Positions 36,901 to 47,946 of a DNA stretch of 64,000 nucleotides are shown one piece after another. How positions within the stretch are numbered: the stretch's first letter is position 1; each line of letters opens with the position of its first letter. The notes below the pieces were generated by a model that was given only the letters and a program-made list of their open reading frames with translations, had not been told where the DNA came from and searched no databases. The DNA comes from Anthoceros angustus. Lineage: Eukaryota; Plantae; Anthocerotophyta. The position numbers and the translations under genes were made by a program. The stretch spans positions 619,884 through 683,883 of the forward strand of contig MU008180.1 in the NCBI GenBank assembly GCA_010909165.1. Direction: 5' to 3'.

Positions 36901-38352
36901 ACCGAAGCTTATATAGTGTTCCAGGAATTGTTGAAGGCTGGATTCAAACCAGACGTGACAACCTACACCACTCTTATAACTGGCTATGGAAGTGCACTTA
37001 TGTGGGAGGCTTGTGAATCGTTGTTCAAGGAGATGCAAGAGGTTGGATGCACGCCCAATGCCACCACTTATCATGCATTGATCAACGCATACAGGAGGGT
37101 TGGTATGCACGAAGCTGCTGAAAAAACTATGAAGGAAATGGAAGATGCCGGTTTTGAACCGACTGTAACGGCAATGCACATGTTGATGGATTCCTACGGG
37201 AAAGGTGGGGAGCCAGAGCTTGCAGATGAATTGATGGAAAAGCTGCGGACCACGGGTGTCGCCCCTACGGAGTTACAGTACACAGCGTTGATCGATGCGT
37301 ATTTGAAGGAAGATAACTATGAGCTGGCAGTGAAAAGGTTGAAGGACATGAAAGCTTCCGGACTCAGCCCAAATTTTGTGACATTCACTTGCGTCGTGGG
37401 AGCTGCGAGCAGGTGTCAGAGGAGAATCGATATGCTCATGTTGTTAGCAGCATTGCGAGACGTGGGCTTTTCCATCCCCTTTCGCTTGCTGACTGAGAAG
37501 GACAACGTTTTGACTGCTGTGGAGGAGCTCTTTGTGGAACTCCGCAACCTAGGACCGGCAGCTGGGCAGGGTATTGTGAATGTCCTCCAGGACCTCCTGT
37601 GGGCGTTCCAGAAGAGAGCGACGGCGACCCATATCCACCTGCTGGCCGTGAAAACGAGGATATATCCTGACGATCTGACACAAGTTGAGAGCAGAAAATG
37701 GGGCGGAGACCTTCGAAGATTGTCGGCTGGTGCTGGGCTAGTTGTGCTTTCCATGTGGCTCACTCGAATGCAGGAAGCATCCCTGATCGGCTCTCCAGAA
37801 TCGTCCAAGGCTGTAATGTTGGTCATCGGAAGGAACAGGAACAGCAACCGTGTTTCTCTCAGTAAGACCTTGAAAGCTCACTTGTGGGAGATGGGATCCC
37901 CGTTTCTGGTGTCCAAGACCAGGGAGGGTATCTTGATCGCCAAAGGGCATTCGTTGCGGAACTGGCTTAGAGATTCGCCCCTGTGTGTGGACCTTCAGCT
38001 CAAAGATGAGGCTATCGTACCAGCCTTAAACTCGATGCAGATGTTTAATGGAGCATGGATGAACAGGGAGATGGTGCCCATCCTGCAACAGATTGAGGCG
38101 AGCATGGGAGAATTGCGGCCCAAAAAGTTCTCCCGTCTGGCGCACATGGATGATGACAAAAGGAGGACATTCATTGCCCTTGACTTGGAGCACCACGCGG
38201 AGAAGATCGAGCGGGACAAGCGAAGAGGCGGACCACCTCGAAAGGTGTTGAAGCGTGCGAAACGGCTTTTCAGCAAACCAAAGGCAGGACCACGGAAAGA
38301 AGTATTTCCAGTACCTCAAAAGCTCAGTGGGAACGGAAGCGAAAGCAGCTAG
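33952..38352 (+). CDS. EMB1270: P-class PPR protein, chloroplast EMB1270-like, intronless, 1466 aa
   Basis: N-terminal WQRALEVYEWLNLRRWYSPNTRMLATI, more than 20 PPR motifs, and C-terminal WGGDLRRLSAGAGL...LKAHLWEMGSPFL...HSLRNWLRDSP matching this family. Confidence 0.92.
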   Translation: MSAVAFAPRPLAAAATSSSSAPTPPGRSFSYERASPSLRWPDGDADAPLSTRRNGGLVTPSPTTQDVSEQDGHGDEQSGFVFTEDYMRNSRLDGKRYRSRKAVARLEAPSPRVMSKIALIKAKDWKSRVARLTDAILSLDAAVFVADILDAWTEQLHPTDLCFVVKIVGQTNWQRALEVYEWLNLRRWYSPNTRMLATIIGVLGRAKQVAMADELYERAQPEIGDCVQVYNSIMSAHARQGGWQRVEHIFRQMQQSQVQPDLITFNIRANAQTKAGLQRGHAVHLLHDIRAAGLRPDIVTYNTLISACTNNSCWEDALEVFREMRQHRCDPDIWTYNALITVFGRAGMVDLAEEYYQSMQASGLLPDAVTYNAMLSAFARSGRVEDVDDIRVQMWKARCNEDEITFNTLMHMYGKLGLPDKAVEVYDEMKGRQCRPDAVTFSILIDVLGKAGLIADAERVFQEMGEAQIWPTLQTFTALICAYAKAGLLGHAERTYDSMSKSGIVADELANSVMVDVFYRAGLSWRAISAYQNLLSLGVRPALHTCSIMLSVYAKEGMQKELRELMGKMQQLGFEAASLCSSFAKAGLWEAASSALEVCVKNGQPIDRETMGLVLDSYASKNKCDEACSFVHSVSKSGLQPEVTWLREALILMLARAEKLDKAMIEFNRFVDDGHKATTAMYRALIVSSEKADMPDEAVQLFESMPSAEVEPDERCCKSAIQSYCNLGLPNRAYELQQKSRPAFEGLGDSSVYVTIIEAFGKQQRWEAAEKCFDELHKDNLRICTKALNALLFAYAESGQYDRLRKTFNSMTAEGVTTSDISSSAVLNALTPDGVSEEPHEQAHVLEQQSQVVEQLGFVPNRRTFLVMLNALSKEGNVLEAKKVYLEMKQAGFVPQQQVYAILVGLFAKVGSVEDAENIMKDMEEAGCAPDVIVNNAMIGLYGKLGDYKKASEVFKNMLISDCTPDVVTYNTLIHLYSRHQMVTEAYIVFQELLKAGFKPDVTTYTTLITGYGSALMWEACESLFKEMQEVGCTPNATTYHALINAYRRVGMHEAAEKTMKEMEDAGFEPTVTAMHMLMDSYGKGGEPELADELMEKLRTTGVAPTELQYTALIDAYLKEDNYELAVKRLKDMKASGLSPNFVTFTCVVGAASRCQRRIDMLMLLAALRDVGFSIPFRLLTEKDNVLTAVEELFVELRNLGPAAGQGIVNVLQDLLWAFQKRATATHIHLLAVKTRIYPDDLTQVESRKWGGDLRRLSAGAGLVVLSMWLTRMQEASLIGSPESSKAVMLVIGRNRNSNRVSLSKTLKAHLWEMGSPFLVSKTREGILIAKGHSLRNWLRDSPLCVDLQLKDEAIVPALNSMQMFNGAWMNREMVPILQQIEASMGELRPKKFSRLAHMDDDKRRTFIALDLEHHAEKIERDKRRGGPPRKVLKRAKRLFSKPKAGPRKEVFPVPQKLSGNGSESS

Positions 38353-38636
38353 AGAGTCCCTCCAGATAGTCCAGGCTGGGTTGACCAGTCAAGCAGGCGG
38401 AATTTGTACTTTGGATGACGGGGAGGCTTGCTGACAGCCACGCACCTCCGCACTGCTGAGGCGGTTGTCGCTCACCTGACACGGCAGTTTCGGTGGAGAA
38501 ACATTCCCCACCAGTTTGCTCATTGCTTGTTGTAGTGAGAGGCAGGTCCATGATTGCTTCCATGGACACAACATGCTTGTACCTGCAACCTGTGCGCCCA
38601 TTTCAGCTTCTTGCTCTCTGACGTTGCTGGGCAGCC

Positions 38637-40706
38637 ATGCCCGAGTCGCCCAGTTCCGCGGCCTTGGGTGCTCCCAAAGATGCAAGGGACTTGAGTGCTC
38701 CCACGTCCTCTACAAGGGTAAGACCCTCTCTTGACTGAATTGTGGCATTCTCGCTTGCATGCGGCTTGTGACACATCAATGTGCAGGGGATGTGGGCAGC
38801 GTACTTCGTTTGTTGGGTCTTGGGGAACGGGAGTCTTTTCTCATGGAACAGCATGCTCACAGTCGAGGATTATTTTGCCTTCGTATTCCCTGTAAGTGTT
38901 TCATTCCCGTTGTGTAGCCTGAGATGAAAGTCTTGCATTTGAGTAGCAATTTGGTTCAGACCACAGATGAGCAGCTTTTTCGGAGGCATGCTTTTGCAGA
39001 AATATCACCCGGCGCGGGTCTTCACTCTGGTGTACCAGCCATTTGCGCTTGCTACCATGGCCATCCTCACATACCATGAGGCTAAAGTGAACACGCGATT
39101 CCGCATCCTGTTTGGCTACTCCTCCTTCTTCTTGTTGATTTTGCTGATACCGGTGGTAAGTATTGAATCCTGAAGAACATGTATGGGAAGCTTGTCTACT
39201 GAGCTTGTTATCTAAGACATCTCTGTGGAACAGCTGGACCTTGCCACTTCGGGACGTGGTGGAATTGGTCCGTATGTAGGGACATCTATCATTATCGCAG
39301 GTTTCGGGATAGCCGATGCACATGTACAAGGAGGGATGTTTGGTGATCTTTCCTACATGCACCCCGAGTTTATCCAGGTACTCTTAAGACTGCTACGTGT
39401 ATGAGGAAAGAAAAAAGCTTGCGAGTATTGTTTGTATCGGGTTATGATATTGACGGGGACGTTGTCTGTCATGCTTTTCAACCAGTCTTATGCAGCAGGT
39501 TTGGCTGCTTCAGGCGCGGTAACTTCAGGTTTACGAATGATAACTAAGGCAGCTTTCGAAAACACGAAAGATGGCCTCAGAAAAGGCGCTCGTGAGTTGC
39601 ACTCTGTCCTTCGTTTTCATTGCTGAATCTGCTGACCCCAGACTCTGGCCACTTCTCACCGCACTTATTAGTGTTTCGGCGTGTGCAGTAATTTTTTTTT
39701 TTGTGTCGGCCTTCTTTGAATTCATCTGCATTATTTTATACGCCAGTGTGTTCCCTCGACTTGAGATTGTGAAGCAGTATCGGTTAAAAGCTTCTGCTGA
39801 TGGCGCAAAGACAGTAGCAGCTGATTTAACTGCAGGCGGAATTGCAGCAGAAGAAATTGGCCAAGTACATTGCGAACCACCCTGCGCTTTAGATTCCTGT
39901 AAATTGGGTCAACTAATCAGAACTCTTTTTCGGTTGCGTCTACAGGATGAAGAAGCTGCCAAATATCCGGCACGCTTAAATAGTATGCAGCTAATCAAGC
40001 TAAATATTGATTACGTCTTTGATGTTGTCCTCATTTACATGCTTACTCTGTCCATCTTTCCGGGATTCCTGTCTGAGGACACTGGCAGACATCGACTGGG
40101 GTCTTGGTAACCGACTTCATTCTCGCCTCATCCCGGTCAACTTTCTTTTTGCAGCATCTGTACGACCTGTATTTACTACGTATACTTTGCTGCAAGTTTG
40201 AGGGACCGCTTGTCTGTAATCAGGTATGCGATCACCCTGATTGCGATGTTCAACGTGGGGGATCTGGTGGGCCGATATATACCCCTGTGTCATGCTTTGA
40301 TGTTGAAATCAAGGCGCCTTCTCATGACAGCTTGTCTGAGTCGGTTTCTTCTGGTTCCTGCGTTTTATTTCACTGCCAAGTACGGCACTCAAGGGTGGAT
40401 GCTAATGCTCACCATAATTTTGGGCTTGACAAATGGGTACCTCTCAGTCTGTGTGTTCGTCAATGCACCCCAAGGCTATACGGTACGTAATTTCCACCGT
40501 CGTTGCAGTGTATCACGGAATGACTGCACACTAGGTCGCCACAGTCTGAGGTTATGCTTACCGCTATCACGCACGTTGGCTTTTTTTGGGTTGTTCAGGG
40601 CCCAGAACAAAACGCGATTGGAAACATCTTGGTTCTGTTTCTCATTGTTGGCCTGTTCTTGGGCGTTACACTCGATTGGTTATGGCTAATCGGCAAAGGA
40701 TGGTAG
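38637..40706 (+). CDS. Equilibrative nucleoside transporter (ENT3-like clade), multi-exon
   Basis: LGNGSLFSWNSMLT, YHPARVFTLVYQPF, LTLSIFPGFLSEDTG, FNVGDLVGRY, LGLTNGYLSVC and terminal LDWLWLIGKGW*. Confidence 0.92.
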
Positions 40707-40844
40707 AAGGCTGATTGAAATCAGATGTACTGCGAGACATAAAGAAAAAATGGGTAGCAGACATTAATGTGAAGATGTCATGGGGCGTAAAATCGGAAAG
40801 AAATTTTGCAATTTCGTCTCGCGAGTTCGGTGGTCTGAAAATGT

Positions 40845-42417
40845 TCATCTTGCATTGTACACGGGCGGAAAGGCTGCATCCGGCTGGGTTTTCCTGGTGT
40901 ACTTGAGCAGCATTGCCTCTACTGATAGTCCAGGAACCCGTAGATCACTGCATGAGAATTCTGGTCAGATGCCAGGTAACTCGGTAAGGACGCAAACCAG
41001 AAACGAGGAACTAACGTAAGGAGGAGGCTAACCTGACATAATGCTGCAGATCTTCCCACAACCATTTTGGCTGTTCTTTGAAGAGTGCAGCAAATCGCTC
41101 TGCAGGTTTCATGGGGAGGGAGGAACGGCTGAAAACTCTCACCCATGACTGAGACCCCAAAGTTTCCACCAAAGCCTCTCCCGCTAGCATCTCCAAGGTA
41201 GGCCTGATTGCAGGCGGCAACCGCCGTTGCCATGCTTCCAGGAACTCTTCAGACTTCCACCTGCAGTACTTCTACAATCAATTGTAATGGCCAAAGTGAT
41301 AGTAGGTGAGCACCATCAGTACAGAGACTGGACCGTCACCTTGGGTTATCTAGCAGCAGCTCTCTCGCGTACTGGATGCAAATTTTGGATTGGTCAAGTA
41401 ACCAGGTTTCCTCTTGCATACCTGGCATCTGTGCAGAAGGAGACAACGCTTGGTTACAACGCTATGCTATCAGAAAGGGATATCAGACAGCAACTGGAAA
41501 CGCACCTGTACTCCGTATACGGCTAAGCAGTGCCGGACAAGCTTTTCAGAGAAACCATCAGCCGCCATGGTGGGTAAAACGTCGGACGCCTTGAGGCCAT
41601 CTAAAGGCCAGTCATGGTACACAGCATTCAAAAGGAGGACTTCGAGGAGGCCCTTCATGAACTGGGGTTCTAAAGTCCTCCAGTGCCTTCCTATCTGCAC
41701 AGCGCCGAGCTCCTTAAGGGCTCCTTCCAGCTCTTGATCACTCGCCTGTACATTGCTCGATAGATAATCCCAGCTGTACAGCCCCAGATCCTCATCTCGT
41801 GCAGTACCAGCAACCCCATGGCCAGTCTCTGTGTTATCGTGCTCTTCCTTGTATGGATTCTGAGTCAGCAGATTTTTCAGCTTCTCTATTCTGGGTGCTG
41901 TTTCCACCAGCTCGACGTACCCACCAACTGTAGCTACTACTGTGGCATTCCCGTGCCCTGCACAAGGATCTACAATGTCAGGCAACCCTCCAGCATGCGG
42001 CCAACAGGAGCAGCTGCACCTCCCGAAAGACCTCATACACACCTACTTGCTGTGGTCCATCATCCCCACTCTCTGTTTCAGTGGGACGATCATTCTCTTC
42101 CGGAGATACCAGTAAGACAGTGTTGGAGGTGGAGACATACTTGACAGCATAAGTGGTGGAACTGCTACAAAGTACTGCCTCATCGTTCGAAGATCCTTTA
42201 ATACACACTCTGGCAGACAAGCACATCATCAGATGACGGAAATTGTTGGGAACGATCACGTTCAAAGGGTTGAGCTCTACCTGCCGTCCAGTATCTCTTT
42301 GAGAAGCCTTTGGTCCACCTCCAGAAGTCTGTATTGCTGGCAACCGAAGGTGCGGCCATAATTGAGTTTTGTGCTGCCAGAGCTGTCGCTCTCATCGATG
42401 CCCAACGCCTTGAGCAT
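40845..42417 (-). CDS. DCC1: Sister chromatid cohesion protein DCC1 (Ctf18-RFC subunit)
   Basis: LLEVDQRLLKEIL, KGSSNDEAVLCSSSTTYAVKYVSTSNTVLL, ELVETAPRIEKLKNLL, QASDQELEGALKELGAVQIGRHW, AERFAALFKEQPKW and MLLKYTRKTQ; stop at 40845-40847. Confidence 0.92.
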
Positions 42418-43351
42418 CCTCCGTGTGACAGTGGACAGTGCGCGAGAGATGGTTGTGGAGCAAGAAATGGCGTGATGTCCGCAAGCTGGGGTTAAGGAAA
42501 GCAACCCAGCCAGGATGTAAGCGAGCCCCCAACAGCTGCGAAGGGCTTGCTCAAGCCGCTGGGCTGATTGCGGTTTCCCGCTCAGGACGAGTGCGAATCG
42601 GGTAACTTTGCAAATATATTTGAAGAAATCGGGCTTCTTTTGCCAGACATAATAGCGACGAGTAGGTGCGCTGTCTGCTAACACCCACCCGCATACGTGA
42701 CATACGGATGGTTCGACGCAGGTATGTACTGTGAAGCGAAGTGACATTCGTGTAGCTGCACAATCTCTATATTGATGATCTTGCCCAGAACATGCACACA
42801 GGCAACAGATTCAGGCGAACTCCACCCAAGTCGTGTTACTGCGCAGACCTTGGATATACCATCGTTTCTGCTCACCCTACAGGCGGTTGCATGTTGAGAA
42901 CTCTCCGGCCCGAGAAAGGAGTGCCATCAAGAACACTACGGTAGAATTCGTCCTCAAAAAGCCTGGAAGAGAAGCAAACGTGTTAGCATCTTTCACATCT
43001 GTATGGGAAAAACAAGATACAAGTGATGAGCAAAGAGATCAATGCATGACGTACCCTGTAGATAATCACGCTGCTCAGCAATGATTCCTCTAGCAGAAAC
43101 GTCCAACGCTTTTCACTAGACCGTTCTGACCTTGCAATTTGGGAGGGACCCAATCCAGATAGACCACCGACCTTCAGTCACAGACCAATGCAGTCTGAAT
43201 GCAGTCTGAAAGTGTTGCTTCCTGTTGCGTTTACTGCCTACCTGTTGAGAATATCGCCGGCGTATCACATGTACTTCATAAGCTAACTAGACATGACTTT
43301 AAATTCGTGAAGTGACCATGAATATCCCCAGGACCTACGGCTTCTGTAAGT

Positions 43352-46300
43352 TCAGGATGTCTCTGAATCTCCAACCACACTGTCGGCCACTACTGTTTCT
43401 TCTGTATTGGCTAAGGAATTCAGTGTCACATCGCCAATATCCTTTACCATGCCCTCACTGTCGAAGCTACTTCCTGAGAGAGGCAAACTTGACAACTTTT
43501 CAAACTGGTCCCCCTCCAAGTTGTACAATGTCTTAAGCTGATCTGCCTCTATGTCTGAAGCTTCAGCTTCTGCATCCAAGCTCTCAGCTTCAGTAAAATC
43601 TTCAAGCTCCAAAGCAGAATTACTCTCGTCTCTGGCTGCAGCAGCTATAAGCCTGAGTCTCTCACACCTTGCCATTGCAGCTTCCCTCTCAGTGGCTGAT
43701 AAAGCTGTCTCTAGATCAGTTACAGCTCTTACTCGAGCTTCTGCCTCCTCCTCGACCTTTTGGAGTTCAATTGCGATCTTATTCATGGCACTCGTAGCTG
43801 TGGCTCTTTCATTGATTAGGGCTTTTGCTTCCGCAGCCAACCTGGCAGCTTCTTTGAAGTTCCTGGAACTAGCAGCAAGTCGCTTTTCACTCTCCAGCTC
43901 AGGGCCTCGTTTCTCTGCAAAAGCAACCTGTTGCTTGGCAGCAGCGAATCCTTGTTGCAATTTCTCTTTCAGACAGCTCAATTCCTGAGCATTCACCACA
44001 AGACAGGTGAGGAAGGGTCAGCTTCTCATCCCCATTTGTGATATTCATACACACCAAATGCTAAGGAACGGAAAAATACAACACCAGTTGTGCTGCACCT
44101 CGCAAACTACCACCCGCTGTGTTACATCCAGCCAAGCAACGATGACACGCACCTGAAGTGCCCCACGTGCAGCTGATGCATTTTCTCGAAGTGTATTACA
44201 TTTCTCTGATGCATGTAACTCCTTCTCTGCCAACTCCACTTTTTTCTTCCTAGATAGAAGGCTGATCCTTGCAGCAGCTGCCCGAAGCTCTACCGCCTGC
44301 TGCATTGCTGTTGATTCAAGTGCAGCGGCACTGGCAATGTCTAACAGCACGGAGGCCCTTCCCTGCACAGTTAACCGAAGATCTTCAACTTGCCTCCTCT
44401 CTGCATTCAGCTGTTCGCTTTCGGCCTGCAGCTCATGCAGTATCACTGACACAGCTTCTGCCTCCTTCTTCAAATGTTGTCTTTGCACTTCAAACTTGGC
44501 AGCTATGGTGGTAATTGTCTCGTCAACTTGCGAAATGTCTTGATCAAGCTCTTCAATTTCCACCTCTTTAGCCTTAACCATCAAGCGAAGGTTCTCAAGC
44601 TCTTCATTCAGTTGGTTCCGTCTATCTCTTAAGATTGCCTTATGCTTCACGTCCTCTGCTGAGGAGTCAATGATAGCTCTGTCTAGCTCAGTCATAGCCT
44701 CTTCCGTAACCTTCTGTTCCAAAATTGCCTTATTCTTCTTGAGCTCCAACGCCTTCTCCTCAGCCATCAGCCTAGCAGTGTCCTTCGTGGCAGTTTGCTC
44801 TACAGCCTCTCGCAATTTTTGCGATTCTTCTTGTGCGTCCTGGTCAACAAACAAACAACCGTCATTGTCCTGCACTGGAAATTGCACCATCAAAAGTTTA
44901 ACCAGATCGTACAGCCCCAGCTTTGTAGCACAACTCTCATTGGCATAAGATCCGTGCCTTAAGCTTCTCATAGTCAAGGCTCCTTGACAAGAGCTCATTA
45001 CAAAGGAGAAATTCACAAACCAGTTTGAGAGACCGTACCTGCGTCAAGCTGTCCAGGAGTTGGATTCCTTCGACTTGTATTTTCATCTGCAAATCAAGAA
45101 CACTCTGGAGCTCCTCTGCTGCAGCATCGCAAGCTCCCTCTGCAAGCCTAAAAGCTTTGGACGCTTTCTCCAATGCGTTTTCAGCCTCCTTAGCACTTTC
45201 ACTTAGGATATCAGCACTTTCAAAATCCTCCCTCTCACAGGCAGACTGCAGCTCTGATTCAAGCTCTTTCAATTTGGCAGTTAAAGCAGAAACCTCCCCA
45301 GCAATAAGCCTTTTGTTTTGGACCGCATCTTTCCTAACAGAGAACGCAGAGGACCGCCTTCCTTCCAATGCCTTCAGCTTCTCAGAGATCGCCCCTTTTA
45401 TGCTTTCTACCCTTCCTTCTAAGGAACCTGGATCACCAGCCACAATGTCTTCAGCATTGCCACCTTCTTCATCAACAGAAAGATCCACGCCAGCCTCTGT
45501 TTCACTGTGTGCCACAATGTTCCTAATGATCGTGCTACTAGACACCTCAGTCCCACCATCAAGTTCTTCCTGTGCTTCTGTTTCTACCTCTTCCAAATGG
45601 CCTTCTGAGTTCATTGCAGCACTAGCGATTGCTGCTGATTTTTCCAACGTCTCCTGCTGATGATGGTCAACTGCAGCATCAGTACTACCGTAGACCGTGG
45701 CATGCTCTGTCGACTTAGATGGCAGCTCTTTTCCCCGGCCCAGGTAATGCAGACCTTCCACTGCCTTCTCCTGAAACGTTTCATCCGTTTGATCAAATTG
45801 AATCTGAGATGTAAGCACTGGGGTTTCTCGGCTGTACGTATTCAAACCTGCAACAATTGAAAAAACAGTATTAGTACCACAATCTCTGCATGGCATGCAC
45901 AGTCCCGACCATATGTGACTGCCACTACAAGGAACAACATCGATGGAAAGGGAACATGTTGGGCCCATTGTCGCGATGATCAACTTCTCTCAGAATCGTG
46001 CTTCACCATACCACATGTCTGATCCTTACTATTCAATCCTGACGGATGGTATGATATCAACGACATTCTATCCCAGAGTGCTGGAAACTTATCTGACAAT
46101 GCTGACTAACTTGGTATGTTTAACCCCTCGATTTGACAACCAACGTTCACCCACACAGCCCAGGCATTTCAAGAGAGCTGGATAATATATACCCGCATAC
46201 CATGTCCAGATGCACTTGAGTCACTTGTCAACACACTCTTGCTCTTGTCAGGCACCTTGGTATGTGTCTCGTCATCATTCTCCTCAGCTTCTCTCCCATA

Positions 46301-46894
46301 ACCGATCTTCAAACTTCGCTTCTTCCTCTTGATGGTGGCTGGCCTTACAGCATGAGTGGGAGCTGATGACACTGCCGGTTGAGCTGCAGGCATATCGCCG
46401 TAGGCTGCCATGATATTCTGAAATCTGCCACCCTCCTTCTCGACATGAGGCTTATCCCCCCGACTATTGAAAGATGGATAGTCCCGCAAAACATTGCTTA
46501 CAGTAGCAGTCACATTCTCGACCGTTCCCGAGAGTGCACAGCTTGAGAGAGACACATCCTCCGCTACGTTGCCAGTCACTGATAAGCTAAGGCCACTGAA
46601 CAGGCTCTCGTCGAGAGGCTCACTCGGAGTACGGATCAAAGCACCCTGTGTCGACGACAATTGGGAAGCAGAAACATCTGACGCCGGAGCCTCAGAGTGA
46701 AGCAACACCTGTGCTGGTGGCTGCTTCACCGGATCAACATTCAGAGCAGAGACCACCGGAGCCAAAAGAGCTGGTGGCACTCCATCTCCTGAACGTTCCT
46801 GAAGTTGCCCACTTTCCCCACCGACGGACGATGTTGGCATGATAAAGTCCATCCCCTCAAAGAGCGAGTCGATATCATTGTCATCATCCGCCAT
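43352..46894 (-). CDS. Conserved plant acidic coiled-coil protein with UVR-like motifs
   Basis: MADDDNDIDSLFEGMDF start, ELQSACEREDFESADILSE, LESEKRLAASSRNFKEAARLAAEAKAL and ELEDFTEAESL, across ORFs 46169, 44937, 44045 and 43352. Confidence 0.85.
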
Positions 46895-47946
46895 GTTCGT
46901 GAGAATAAGGTGCAAATCAATGGTTGTCAGCAACCAGTAGACATCTCCGGGTGAGAAATTGAGGGCATGACACCATGCGACTTCGATCTTGCTGGTGCAC
47001 CTTTGACCTGCGTCTGCAACCACCACAGGGGCCTCATCGGTGTCACCTTCCCATCTGAAAAATTGCAGCTACCGCTCAAACCTGGCAGCAGTCAATCCTG
47101 GCCCATCGACAAATCTGAAGGGGATTGACGAACTCGGCATCACAGACTGATGTGCTTGCGCGCAACAGAGGCCAGAAGTTGGAGCAACCATAAGCCCTAA
47201 ACCCTGACCTTCCTGACAGAATTCAGAGCTGCTTACGCTCAGATCAGGCGATTCCAGCAGCCGAAAGAAATCCAAGAGAACATTCAGCAGACAACTTCAA
47301 TTCCCTGACCGGCAATTCTGCGGCGAGTCAGTGGCCACCTTGTAGCTAACGTCGGTGAATCGACGCAATCTCGGACTCGGTTCGAGATTGAACCTGACGT
47401 CCTTCCCCAGATTTCACCACAGTAAACGCCTGGCCTACTGCACGACACATCTTTCTGAAGTTCAACTTCGGATCTAGACTTCTACTGGAGCGGCATTTCC
47501 AGATGTTCAGGCTGTTAATCCGTACCACCGTTCGCGCCGGTGCCCACGTGGATGTGTATACATGCCGTTGGGTCGGGTCTGACCCGACGAGACCGCAAGG
47601 TTCCTGGGGCCATGTCGTTGGCTGCGCGTCTACCCCTACATCTTGGTGTGGTTGTTCCCTATGCGCTCACTGTGTTGCATGGACGAGAAGAGTTTGAGCT
47701 GTAGTAGTGAAGTGTTGCCCACAACAACTACTGCGCGTCACAGGCAGCATCACCTCCATCGAAAGCTACGGCTTCCGTTGAAGCCGTCATAGAATTGCGA
47801 CTGGCTTTTTCGGAGGTGTCCCACCAAGATGCCAACGAAACATCTCAGCTCAGTTTCTGGCATACAACCAGAGGAGCAATCAAACTAAGAAGACAACAGG
47901 AAATGCCTTTTCATGCATGCTAAGGGCTAACACAGGAACCCCATAG

